Source: Candidatus Bipolaricaulota bacterium (GTDB lineage Bacteria; Bipolaricaulota; Bipolaricaulia; UBA7950; UBA9294). From it: a stretch of 44,538 nt of DNA. Below, in pieces: positions 1 to 6,959 of the stretch. A program made the translations under genes and the position numbers. Below the pieces are notes generated by a model. The model did not search any database, was not told where the DNA came from, and saw only the letters and a program-made list of their open reading frames with translations. Within the stretch, counting starts at the first letter, position 1. Every line of letters starts with the position of its first letter. The stretch covers positions 1-44,538 of the forward strand of contig RXOA01000043.1 of NCBI GenBank assembly GCA_003979035.1, read 5' to 3'.

Positions 1-213
1 GGATTCTCTTCGCTCGGATTCGCTATCGCGCGGATTCTCCACCGTCGAATTCGCTAGTGCGCGGATTCTCTTCGCTCGGATTCGCTAGTGCGCGGATTCT
101 CCATCGTCGGATTCGCTAGTGCGCGGATTCTCCATCGTCGAATTCGCTAGTGCGCGGATTCTCCACCGTCGAATTCGCTATCGCGCGGATTCTCCACCGT
201 CGAATTCGCTATT
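1..213. repeat. 31-bp tandem direct repeat, about 6.9 copies, truncated by the left window edge
   Basis: Read directly. The unit gcgcggattctccaccgtcgaattcgctagt starts at 28, 59, 90, 121, 152 and 183, with a partial unit at 1-27. Copies differ at 1-4 positions and there are no unique spacers. The last unit overlaps the fpg stop codon (209-211). Confidence 0.9.
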
Positions 214-1057
214 GCATCATCCAACGGCGGCGGTCGGGCAGGATCTCCCCGCTCGCCTGGCACGTGGGGCAATAGTAGGTTCGCGTTTGCGCATAACGGA
301 TCTCGGCGATCCTCGTACCACATACCGGACACGGATGACCTTCGCGCTTGTAGACCTTCATGTGTCCGCGCGGCGGGTTGACCAAAGCGCCGTCTCCCAC
401 CTGTTCGCGCACCGCGATGATCGACGATGAAAGCACATCTCGAATCGCGGCATGAAGACGTTGGGTTTCTTCGTTGTCCAGCTTGTTCACATACCGCAGT
501 GGCGATATTCGCGCCGCAAACAGGATCTCATCGGCGTAGGATGTACCGATTCCAGCGATCAGCGTTTGGTCGGTTAGTACATGCTTCGCTTGACGTCGCG
601 TTTCCGCGACAAGCTTCGCAAACGCCTCAACCGTAAACGCTTCCGAGAGCGGCTCGATCCCGGCACAGGCAATTCGCGGCACGCTCTGTGGATCAGATAC
701 AACGTGAACGGTTGCGCGCTTGATGTGTCCGCCTTCCACCAGTCGGAAATCCTGACCGCCCTCCATTCCCACAAGGAATCCCGTCGCCTTGGTCGCTTTG
801 GTCTCGCTTCCGGTGACAATCAGCCTCCCGGAAACCATCAGATGAACCACCAGATGAAGCGCTGCATCGAGTGTGAAGATCAGATGTTTCCCCCGCCGCG
901 AAATCGATCGAAACGGCTCCCCGATGAGCGATTCAACCGGCGGATCGAATGTCTTCAGAATCCCCGGTCGGAGGACGCGGACCGATTCGATCCTACGATC
1001 GAGCACCCGTGCGCCCAGCGTCGCCTGCAACACTTCAAGATCCGGCAATTCAGGCAT
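209..1057 (-). CDS. mutM: formamidopyrimidine-DNA glycosylase (Fpg/Nei family)
   Basis: 282-aa ORF with ATG at 1057. The N-terminus MPELPDLEV matches the catalytic PELPEVE-type signature. The C-terminus carries the zinc finger CPVCGTRIAEIRYAQTRTYYCPTCQ. Confidence 0.85.
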   Translation of the reverse strand: MPELPDLEVLQATLGARVLDRRIESVRVLRPGILKTFDPPVESLIGEPFRSISRRGKHLIFTLDAALHLVVHLMVSGRLIVTGSETKATKATGFLVGMEGGQDFRLVEGGHIKRATVHVVSDPQSVPRIACAGIEPLSEAFTVEAFAKLVAETRRQAKHVLTDQTLIAGIGTSYADEILFAARISPLRYVNKLDNEETQRLHAAIRDVLSSSIIAVREQVGDGALVNPPRGHMKVYKREGHPCPVCGTRIAEIRYAQTRTYYCPTCQASGEILPDRRRWMMQ

Positions 1058-1170
1058 CGTTCGTCGACCTCCCTCCGCGCGCAGTATATCCGCAACCGCT
1101 CGGGGCAGCTTCCTGCAGCGGACCTTCAGAGCTGGCCGCGAGATTGTTCAGCGGTTACACTGAACCGATC

Positions 1171-1551
1171 ATGTGGCACACCGTGGAGCAGCCGATCGCA
1201 GTCTCAGCAGTCTTCTGGACAGATGGCGCATCACCTCAGCCTCTCTCGTTCCGATGGAATCGGAGAGACTACAAGGTTCACCGTGTCGAACAGGTTCGCC
1301 TTGGATCAACACAGGCGACCTTCGATCATCAGCCATCACCCGGCCCCCGCCACTTCGCCACCCGGTGGGGCCGCACTCGTGCCACCGCTCCTCAGCAATC
1401 TCGGCGCAAATGCCACGACCGGATCGATTCGGTGCACTATGTCGTTCGGACTGGATCCAACCGCTGCGCGTTGCGGTACGACACACCTCACTGTCGATGG
1501 ACTCTCGACGCCGTCGATTCGATCGGCGGCGCCCGGTCAGATTCGTCTTGA
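1171..1551 (+). CDS. hypothetical small protein (126 aa), possibly DUF6504-like
   Basis: In-frame ATG inside ORF 949..1551. The motifs PLSFRWNRRDYKVHRVEQV and HYVVRTGSNRCALRYDTPHCRWTLDAV resemble, from memory only, a family of small uncharacterised proteins. There is no convincing SD, so this call is weak. Confidence 0.3.
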   Translation: MWHTVEQPIAVSAVFWTDGASPQPLSFRWNRRDYKVHRVEQVRLGSTQATFDHQPSPGPRHFATRWGRTRATAPQQSRRKCHDRIDSVHYVVRTGSNRCALRYDTPHCRWTLDAVDSIGGARSDSS

Positions 1552-1577
1552 CATCCGACGAGTTCCCGCTCTATGGT
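1548..1577 (+). promoter_or_regulatory. sigma70-type promoter TTGACA-N18-TATGGT
   Basis: TTGACA at 1548-1553 and TATGGT at 1572-1577. The predicted transcription start near 1584 lies just 5' of the riboswitch P1 strand. Confidence 0.5.
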
Positions 1578-1584
1578 TCACTCA

Positions 1585-1675
1585 GTAGCTCCGAAAAGGG
1601 CAAACCGCGCGAAAGAACGGGACGCAAAGCCACGGGCCACACAAAGGCAGGCAGCCGAGCCGCCGGAGCGGGAGG
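1585..1675 (+). promoter_or_regulatory. c-di-GMP-I (GEMM) riboswitch aptamer
   Basis: GGGCAAACC (1598-1606), gcgc, GAAA (1611-1614), gaac, GGGACGCAAAGCC (1619-1631) matches the conserved 5' core of class-I c-di-GMP aptamers; compare Vc2 GGGCAAACCauucGAAAgaguGGGACGCAAAGCC. GCUCCG 1588-1593 is complementary to CGGAGC 1664-1669, giving a P1 helix. I could not fully fold the P2 half by eye. Confidence 0.7.
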
Positions 1676-1681
1676 TCGCCA

Positions 1682-1876
1682 ATGTTTGTGTGGCTTGCTT
1701 GTTCGGAAGCTGGTGCTAGCAGTAGTTCCCGGCGGTCGGCAAATTCACAGCGTGTCGCCGCACCTCTCACAGCCAATTTCGTCTCGCCGATAGACGTGCA
1801 AACTGGGATACCACGATCTGTTCCATCGCCACGGTCGGGTATGGAACGGATCGGATCGCGGCGTCAGGCTCCATAA
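1682..1876 (+). CDS. candidate riboswitch-gated small ORF (64 aa), coding status uncertain
   Basis: GGGAGG at 1670-1675 lies 6 nt before ATG 1682 and immediately 3' of the P1 strand. The product is Ser/Arg/Pro-rich with no recognisable family. It could be a leader ORF or a chance ORF. Confidence 0.25.
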   Translation: MFVWLACSEAGASSSSRRSANSQRVAAPLTANFVSPIDVQTGIPRSVPSPRSGMERIGSRRQAP

Positions 1877-1939
1877 GCAACACAGACCGCCTCTCGAAGG
1901 TGCATTAGGAAGAGCTGCATGGAAGAGAAGGAGGCCATC

Positions 1940-2791
1940 ATGATGGGAAGAGTGATCTGTCTACTGCTGGTGGGAGTCCTCGCCATCGGGGCAGCATGCT
2001 TGGCGGTCCCTGTGATCGTTGAGCAAGTGCTTGACTCCGAGCCGGGGTTCGGGCTGTATCTTTGGTTCGACGACGATTTCGGCTGGACGCATACGCTCGA
2101 AGATGGAGTATCTCCGACATGGCTGTTCGGAGCAGCGACACTTACGATCAAAGCCAACGATGTGGACTCGCCGAGGGAACAGGATCTGATCTACGCCGAC
2201 GGAGGGCTGCTGGGAGCGCTGTTTGGCTCCACCGGCACAACCACAGAGACAACATTTACGATTGCCGACCTTGCTTCGCTTGTCGGAGATCGCGCTGTCA
2301 GTATTTTCCTCGACATCGACAGCACAAACGGAAACTGGGCAGTGACTATCCTCGAATCGGTCCTTCGCTATCGCTACATGCTTCCCCGCGCCCATGTGGA
2401 CATCGAGTCTCTCGACGCCCCAGTCGGGGCCGGAGGAGCGACGGGAGCGCCAGGAGGCGAAGTGCAGATTGCGATCCTCAACTCCGGAGCGGCAACGTAT
2501 ATCGGTCCGTGCGAGGTTTTCGCCGGCCTTGCCTACACAACGTCATGGCTTCCCGAAGCCGTCACGATCTTCGACACATTTGACGCAGGCATCGTGGAGT
2601 TGGTTCCCGGTGTCCCGCTGACCTTGACGTTCCCGCTCGCAGCGGTTCCACCGGCGCTTCTCGACCTGTTCCATACGCGGCTGGCGGACGTCTGGACGGG
2701 CTACGAAGACGACGATCCGCGGGACTACGTCGGGTTCTTCGTTCGGTTCGACGGACTGCCCACGGTGGTCGACTACTTACCGCTCCCGTAG
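1940..2791 (+). CDS. secreted or membrane-anchored protein of unknown function (283 aa)
   Basis: AAGGAGG at 1928-1934 lies 5 nt before ATG 1940; the ORF-track start 1919 is 7 codons upstream. The N-terminal hydrophobic segment is MMGRVICLLLVGVLAIGAACLAVPV. I recognise no family. It is the first sizeable gene downstream of the riboswitch. Confidence 0.7.
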   Translation: MMGRVICLLLVGVLAIGAACLAVPVIVEQVLDSEPGFGLYLWFDDDFGWTHTLEDGVSPTWLFGAATLTIKANDVDSPREQDLIYADGGLLGALFGSTGTTTETTFTIADLASLVGDRAVSIFLDIDSTNGNWAVTILESVLRYRYMLPRAHVDIESLDAPVGAGGATGAPGGEVQIAILNSGAATYIGPCEVFAGLAYTTSWLPEAVTIFDTFDAGIVELVPGVPLTLTFPLAAVPPALLDLFHTRLADVWTGYEDDDPRDYVGFFVRFDGLPTVVDYLPLP

Positions 2792-2850
2792 GGCGGTAGA
2801 CCGAAGCGGATCCGGAGCAGGCCGGGCCGCGCGGGATGAGAGAAAAGGAG

Positions 2851-2880
2851 AAACGGACGGATCGGAGGATCCGCCCGTTT
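2851..2880. terminator. intrinsic terminator hairpin between convergent genes
   Basis: aaacggacggatc-ggag-gatccgcccgttt forms a 13-bp stem with one mismatch. The minus-strand reading is followed by cuccuuuucucuc. The plus-strand stem ends in guuu. Confidence 0.5.
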
Positions 2881-2927
2881 CGCTTCCCGCGGGAGGCGGC
2901 AAATGCTTCTCCGGCCTCCAATGCCCC

Positions 2928-2955
2928 CCCGAGGCGGCGAGAATTCCGCCTCGGG
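2928..2955. other. GC-rich perfect hairpin just past the giant-gene stop
   Basis: cccgaggcgg-cgagaatt-ccgcctcggg forms a 10-bp perfect stem. There is no U-tract on either strand. Confidence 0.3.
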
Positions 2956-2967
2956 CGCCGTCACATG

Positions 2968-5900
2968 CTAGTAGAGAATCGTCGCCTGCCGATACACAGC
3001 CCGAATCTGACCGCTTGATCCCAGGGTGACTCGAAGCGCGTGAGATGGGTCTCCTCGCGTGAACAGCTGCAGAATGAGGATGTCGTTCCAGGTTTCGCTC
3101 TCCGCGTCGTACCGCTGCCACTTCCAGAATTCGAGATACCGCTCGTCCTGTGTCCAATGCTCGGCTTCCGGATCCAGTGTGACCTGCCGTTGCCGCGAAT
3201 CGCACAGTTGGAATGGCGCCACGCGTGCCTCTCCATCCACCAGAATCTGCGGATAGATCGCCTCGGTCTCATACTGAGGCGTCTGGAACAGAGTGAACGT
3301 GGTGGTTGCGATTCGCTCGTACATGACCACCGCACTGATGTTCAAGCAAGGGACCGCGGTGAGATCGGGCGGCACAGTGGGCGTGACGGTGATTGTCGGC
3401 CCTTCACCGCTGTACACCGCACGATAGGCGGCTTGCGCTTCCATCGACACGCTGATGTTCTGCTGCTCGCCGATCGTCATCCACGAATCGGAGTTCGGAT
3501 CGTACTTCTCCCAGCGATCGAAGGGAAGCTGCTCCTGCTCCAGGCTGTACGCGTACGAGTTGGCAGTCAGGTTGTACCGCTGCCCAGCGACATCACAAAG
3601 CTGGAACGCTGTCTGCTGTTCTTCCGAGTAGTTCACCGTAATGTACGCCGCGATCTCCGTGGTTGTCCCTGAGAAGAACAGGAAACCCGGCTGCTCATGA
3701 ACCGCTGAGACCGTCATGCACACTCGGCTCAAATCCGGCACGTAGCGGCCTTCTCCGGTGAGAACAACCGTGAGCCTGGCGATTGTGCACTGCCGGTAGT
3801 CGATCAGATTGAACGTCGTGCTGTAACTCGCGCCGGGCTCGAAGGTTCCGGACACGGAACCCATGCGGTTTGCCACATCGAGTGTGATTCCTCCGTCAGG
3901 CGGCATGCTCGAGCTGATCGGGATCGCCCCGGCAAGCTCGTAGGCGGCCACTGCCGACCAGATCGAGGACGGGATAGACATGCTTCTCGTGTAGTACCCG
4001 CCACTTGGAACCTGCCCCAGATCCCACGTAAGAGGAATCGTCTCCGGACACCCCGGTGTCGGAATTCGGTCGTCAGGCGTCGTCCCCGTCTGCGGACAGC
4101 ACGAATCGCATGACGGGCAACGGTCGATGCCCTCGTCCTCGCAGATGGGTGTTAGGCACTCGGGATCAATGAAGGATCGGATCGACATTTCGATATCCGG
4201 CACGACCTCGACCGAAGTCTGCGCTGTGGCTTCTGCACTCGCCGCAGCATTCGCCATCGCAAACGCTTGAGCAAGAGCTGTTGAACATGCCTCAGCGGCC
4301 ACTGAAGCTCGAACCGACGCGTGCGCTGCCGCCTGAGCCGATGCCGATGCCGAAGCGAACGCCATTGCCAATGCCTCCACGGAGGCAAGCGCTTCTGCGT
4401 GGGCTTCCGCTAGGACGCTGACCGCGCTGAACGCGAGCACGTGTACGGAGGCTTCGGCACGCGCCGCCGCGAACGCACCCGCAACGGCATCGGCATACGC
4501 CGCCGCCGCAGCTTGCGCCGCAACGGCTACTTCGGCCTCCGCAATCGCAGCCGCTCGAGCCGCCGCCAAGGCCGCTGCATACGCATCTGCGTGGGCAAGG
4601 GCAATCGCCTCCACGCCAACGCCCACCTGTACGGCCGCTTCAGCCTGCGCCAGCGCAGCCGCATACGCGTAGGCGTCCGCGTCTGCCTGGGCCGCAGCCA
4701 TCGCATCGACAGCAACCGAAACTTCCGCTTGAGCGTCCGCTTCCGCTTGAGCTGCAGCAAGTGCTGCTGCCTGCGCTTGACTGACTGCCTGCGCTACCGC
4801 TTCGGCGTAGACCAGAGCTTCGGCCGAGACATCCGCGTATACCGAGACGCACGTTCGTGCTTCGGCATGGGCCTCGGCTGCCGCTTCGCAGATCGCTTGA
4901 CTTTGCGCAAGCGCCACTGCACAGGCTTCGGCATAGGCAGATGCGGCCGCCCGCGCAGAGGCCTGCGCGCGAGCTGCTGCCGTGGCGGCTGCCTGCGCAT
5001 AGCCGAACGCATCCGCCGAGCTCGTAGCAACTGCTGCAGCATACGCTTGCTCATAGCTGAACCCAGTTCCGGCTGCGGATGCTTCGCTTTGCGCAGATGC
5101 ACTCGCTGAGCCGGCAGCGGTGACACATGCTTCCGCCGCTGCTTGAGCTTCCGCCGCTGCTGCGGCACACGCCGCTGCCTCTACGGACACTCGCGCGACA
5201 GCAGATGCGACGGCTCCACTCATGGCCGAAGCTGCGGCTTGAGCGCGTGCGAACGCGCTCGCCGACGCACTTGCCGCCGCTGTCGCGCGCCCGCTCGCCG
5301 TCGCGTACGCAGCTGCCCACGCCCTGGCTTGGGCGTCTGCTTCCGCACATGCCGTAGCCGCCGCTGTCGCCGCGGCAGAAGCTGTGGCCCGGGCTTCCGC
5401 AACCGCCGACGCCATCGCCGAAGCTGAGGCTGAGGCCGTCGCACAAGAGCTGGCAATCGCTGCCGCGCTCGCTTGTGCCGTGGCCTTCGCTCCAGCCATT
5501 GCCTCCGCCATCGCTTCGGCATGCGCTGCAGCAAGTGCGCACGCAGAGGCAGCGGATGTGGCCTGAGCAGTTGCGTCGCTCTCCGCGATCGCAATCGCCC
5601 GCGCCGCCGCTTGGGCGGACGCCGTCGCCTGCGCTGCAGCAATCGCAATGGCTTCGGCATAGGCGACAGCTTCTGCACGAGCCTCCGCAATCGCAGCAGC
5701 CGCGGCAAACGCCTGTGCCTCAGCTGAAGCGCTCGCTCGAGCAATCGCCTGAGCAGCTGCTTGGGCTTGGGCATACGCTACCGCAGATGCCTCCGCCTGA
5801 GCGACAGCACTTGCGTACGCAGACGCAGCTGCCTCTGCATGAGCTGATGCTGACGCTTGAGCAAGTGACGCCGCCTGCGCGGCCGCTCGGGCTGCGGCAT

Positions 5901-6915
5901 CCGCTTCGGCGACTGCCGTCGCAATTGCCTGAACGACACCTCGAACCTCACCGACAACCACTCCGCATGGGACTTCTTGCGCGATGTTCTGCCCGACAAC
6001 CTGAGCGATGCTTTGTGCCTGAGAGTAAGCCGATGCCGTTGCGGCAGCGTACGCTGCTGCTTGAGCAGCAGCCTGGGCAACTGCTGAGGCGCGCACTTCC
6101 GCCGTTGCAGTGAGCTCCGCGCACACCTCGACTTCCGCGCTGGCGCTGGCGTATGCAGCGGCGGCCGCAGTAACGCGGACTTCGGCGATCGCGATCGCCT
6201 CCGCCATTGCCTCAGCGATCGCTTCAGCGTAACTCGCCACCGCAGCCTCAACGGAAACGCAGGCCGAAACGCTGGCCTGTGCTTGTGCCGCCGCGGCGGC
6301 AATCGCTCGCGCCATCACCTCAACGGCCGCTTCCGCTTCCGCCCGCGCCGAGGCACATGCCGATGCCGATGCCCCAGCATGCGCGACCGCTTCTGCGCAA
6401 GCCAAAGCAAACGCGTCTGCCGTGGCTTCGGCTTCGGCGATCGCCAAAGCACATGCTGACACGCTCGCCTCGGCCCGGGCCCGCGCATCGGCACAAGCCG
6501 AAGCAAACGCAGACGCCCGTGCTTGAGCCCAAGCGTACACGGACTCAATCGCCGACGCCCGTGCTTGAGCCGACGCAAGAGCTTCCGTGCAGGCTTCCGC
6601 ATGGCTCTCCGCGGTCGACTCGACTTCCGCCTCGGCGGTCGACACGGCGGTCGCGGCGGCCTGAGCTTCACTGACTGCTTCCTGCGCCTTGGTCAGAATG
6701 TCTTCTGTATCCAGTTCTGCGAGCAGGAGGCGCGCTTCCTGCTCGATCGCCTCTGCTTCAGCCGCCGCAAGCGCCGCTGCTGAAGCCGACGCTTGCGCAA
6801 GTTGAACAACATCTGTGAGGACAGGGATCTCGGTGGAGGTTTGCGCCGAGGCAAATCCCGCATAGGCGCCCACCAAGATCAGTCCGACAACAAACAACAA
6901 CCTTGCCGCTTTCAC
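2968..6915 (-). CDS. giant secreted alanine-rich (Ala-X)n repeat protein (about 1315 aa)
   Basis: AAGGAGG (reverse complement of 6921-6927) lies 5 nt upstream of GTG 6915. This start gives the Sec signal MKAARLLFVVGLILVGAYAGFASA|QTST; the ORF-track start 6990 is 25 codons upstream. The order is about 860 aa of Ala-X alternation, a Cys-rich linker, then a ~370-aa globular C-terminus. Stop is TAG at 2968-2970. Confidence 0.85.
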   Translation of the reverse strand: MKAARLLFVVGLILVGAYAGFASAQTSTEIPVLTDVVQLAQASASAAALAAAEAEAIEQEARLLLAELDTEDILTKAQEAVSEAQAAATAVSTAEAEVESTAESHAEACTEALASAQARASAIESVYAWAQARASAFASACADARARAEASVSACALAIAEAEATADAFALACAEAVAHAGASASACASARAEAEAAVEVMARAIAAAAAQAQASVSACVSVEAAVASYAEAIAEAMAEAIAIAEVRVTAAAAAYASASAEVEVCAELTATAEVRASAVAQAAAQAAAYAAATASAYSQAQSIAQVVGQNIAQEVPCGVVVGEVRGVVQAIATAVAEADAAARAAAQAASLAQASASAHAEAAASAYASAVAQAEASAVAYAQAQAAAQAIARASASAEAQAFAAAAAIAEARAEAVAYAEAIAIAAAQATASAQAAARAIAIAESDATAQATSAASACALAAAHAEAMAEAMAGAKATAQASAAAIASSCATASASASAMASAVAEARATASAAATAAATACAEADAQARAWAAAYATASGRATAAASASASAFARAQAAASAMSGAVASAVARVSVEAAACAAAAAEAQAAAEACVTAAGSASASAQSEASAAGTGFSYEQAYAAAVATSSADAFGYAQAAATAAARAQASARAAASAYAEACAVALAQSQAICEAAAEAHAEARTCVSVYADVSAEALVYAEAVAQAVSQAQAAALAAAQAEADAQAEVSVAVDAMAAAQADADAYAYAAALAQAEAAVQVGVGVEAIALAHADAYAAALAAARAAAIAEAEVAVAAQAAAAAYADAVAGAFAAARAEASVHVLAFSAVSVLAEAHAEALASVEALAMAFASASASAQAAAHASVRASVAAEACSTALAQAFAMANAAASAEATAQTSVEVVPDIEMSIRSFIDPECLTPICEDEGIDRCPSCDSCCPQTGTTPDDRIPTPGCPETIPLTWDLGQVPSGGYYTRSMSIPSSIWSAVAAYELAGAIPISSSMPPDGGITLDVANRMGSVSGTFEPGASYSTTFNLIDYRQCTIARLTVVLTGEGRYVPDLSRVCMTVSAVHEQPGFLFFSGTTTEIAAYITVNYSEEQQTAFQLCDVAGQRYNLTANSYAYSLEQEQLPFDRWEKYDPNSDSWMTIGEQQNISVSMEAQAAYRAVYSGEGPTITVTPTVPPDLTAVPCLNISAVVMYERIATTTFTLFQTPQYETEAIYPQILVDGEARVAPFQLCDSRQRQVTLDPEAEHWTQDERYLEFWKWQRYDAESETWNDILILQLFTRGDPSHALRVTLGSSGQIRAVYRQATILY
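4207..6810 (-). repeat. period-6-nt / period-2-aa (Ala-X)n coding region
   Basis: Traced by eye: about 430 consecutive dipeptides with no register slip. Position 1 is Ala in the large majority, otherwise mostly Val/Ser/Gly. Position 2 is variable (A,S,E,Q,T,Y,R,V,D,H,M,I,F,C,L,W). All four Ala codons are used and I saw no long exact DNA repeats. Confidence 0.85.
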
Positions 6916-6933
6916 GTCGACCTCCTTTGCCCA

Positions 6934-6959
6934 GCATCCGTCCCTATTGCCTCGGATGC
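6934..6959 (-). other. 5'-leader stem-loop just upstream of the giant-gene SD
   Basis: On the minus strand, gcatccg-N12-cggatgc forms a 7-bp stem ending 6 nt before AAGGAGG. Confidence 0.3.

Noticed and set aside
1-213. Repeat array as a CRISPR locus
   Set aside because: The units are directly adjacent with no unique spacers, and no cas genes are nearby. It is a tandem repeat, not a CRISPR array.
427-1588. Long plus-strand ORFs (581..1588, 873..1163, 427..636) antisense to fpg
   Set aside because: They overlap the well-supported fpg gene on the opposite strand and have low-complexity Arg/Ser/Pro-rich products, typical of high-GC antisense frames. Only the 1171..1551 portion outside fpg is kept, as a weak CDS.
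5384-5566. Plus-strand ORF that itself encodes an Ala-X repeat (MARASATADAIAEAEAEAVAQ...), suggesting antisense dual coding
   Set aside because: This is an automatic symmetry. The reverse complement of (GCx yzw)n, read from the G, is again (GCw' z'y'x')n, so any Ala-X gene has an Ala-X antisense frame. That frame is interrupted by frequent stops here and has no start signals.
4152-6783. About twenty overlapping ORFs (60-220 aa, many Arg/Pro/Ser-rich) on both strands inside the giant gene
   Set aside because: They are frame shadows of the GC-rich (GCN NNN)n periodicity. Only the minus-strand frame stays open for 3.9 kb and has an SD, a signal peptide and a globular C-terminus.
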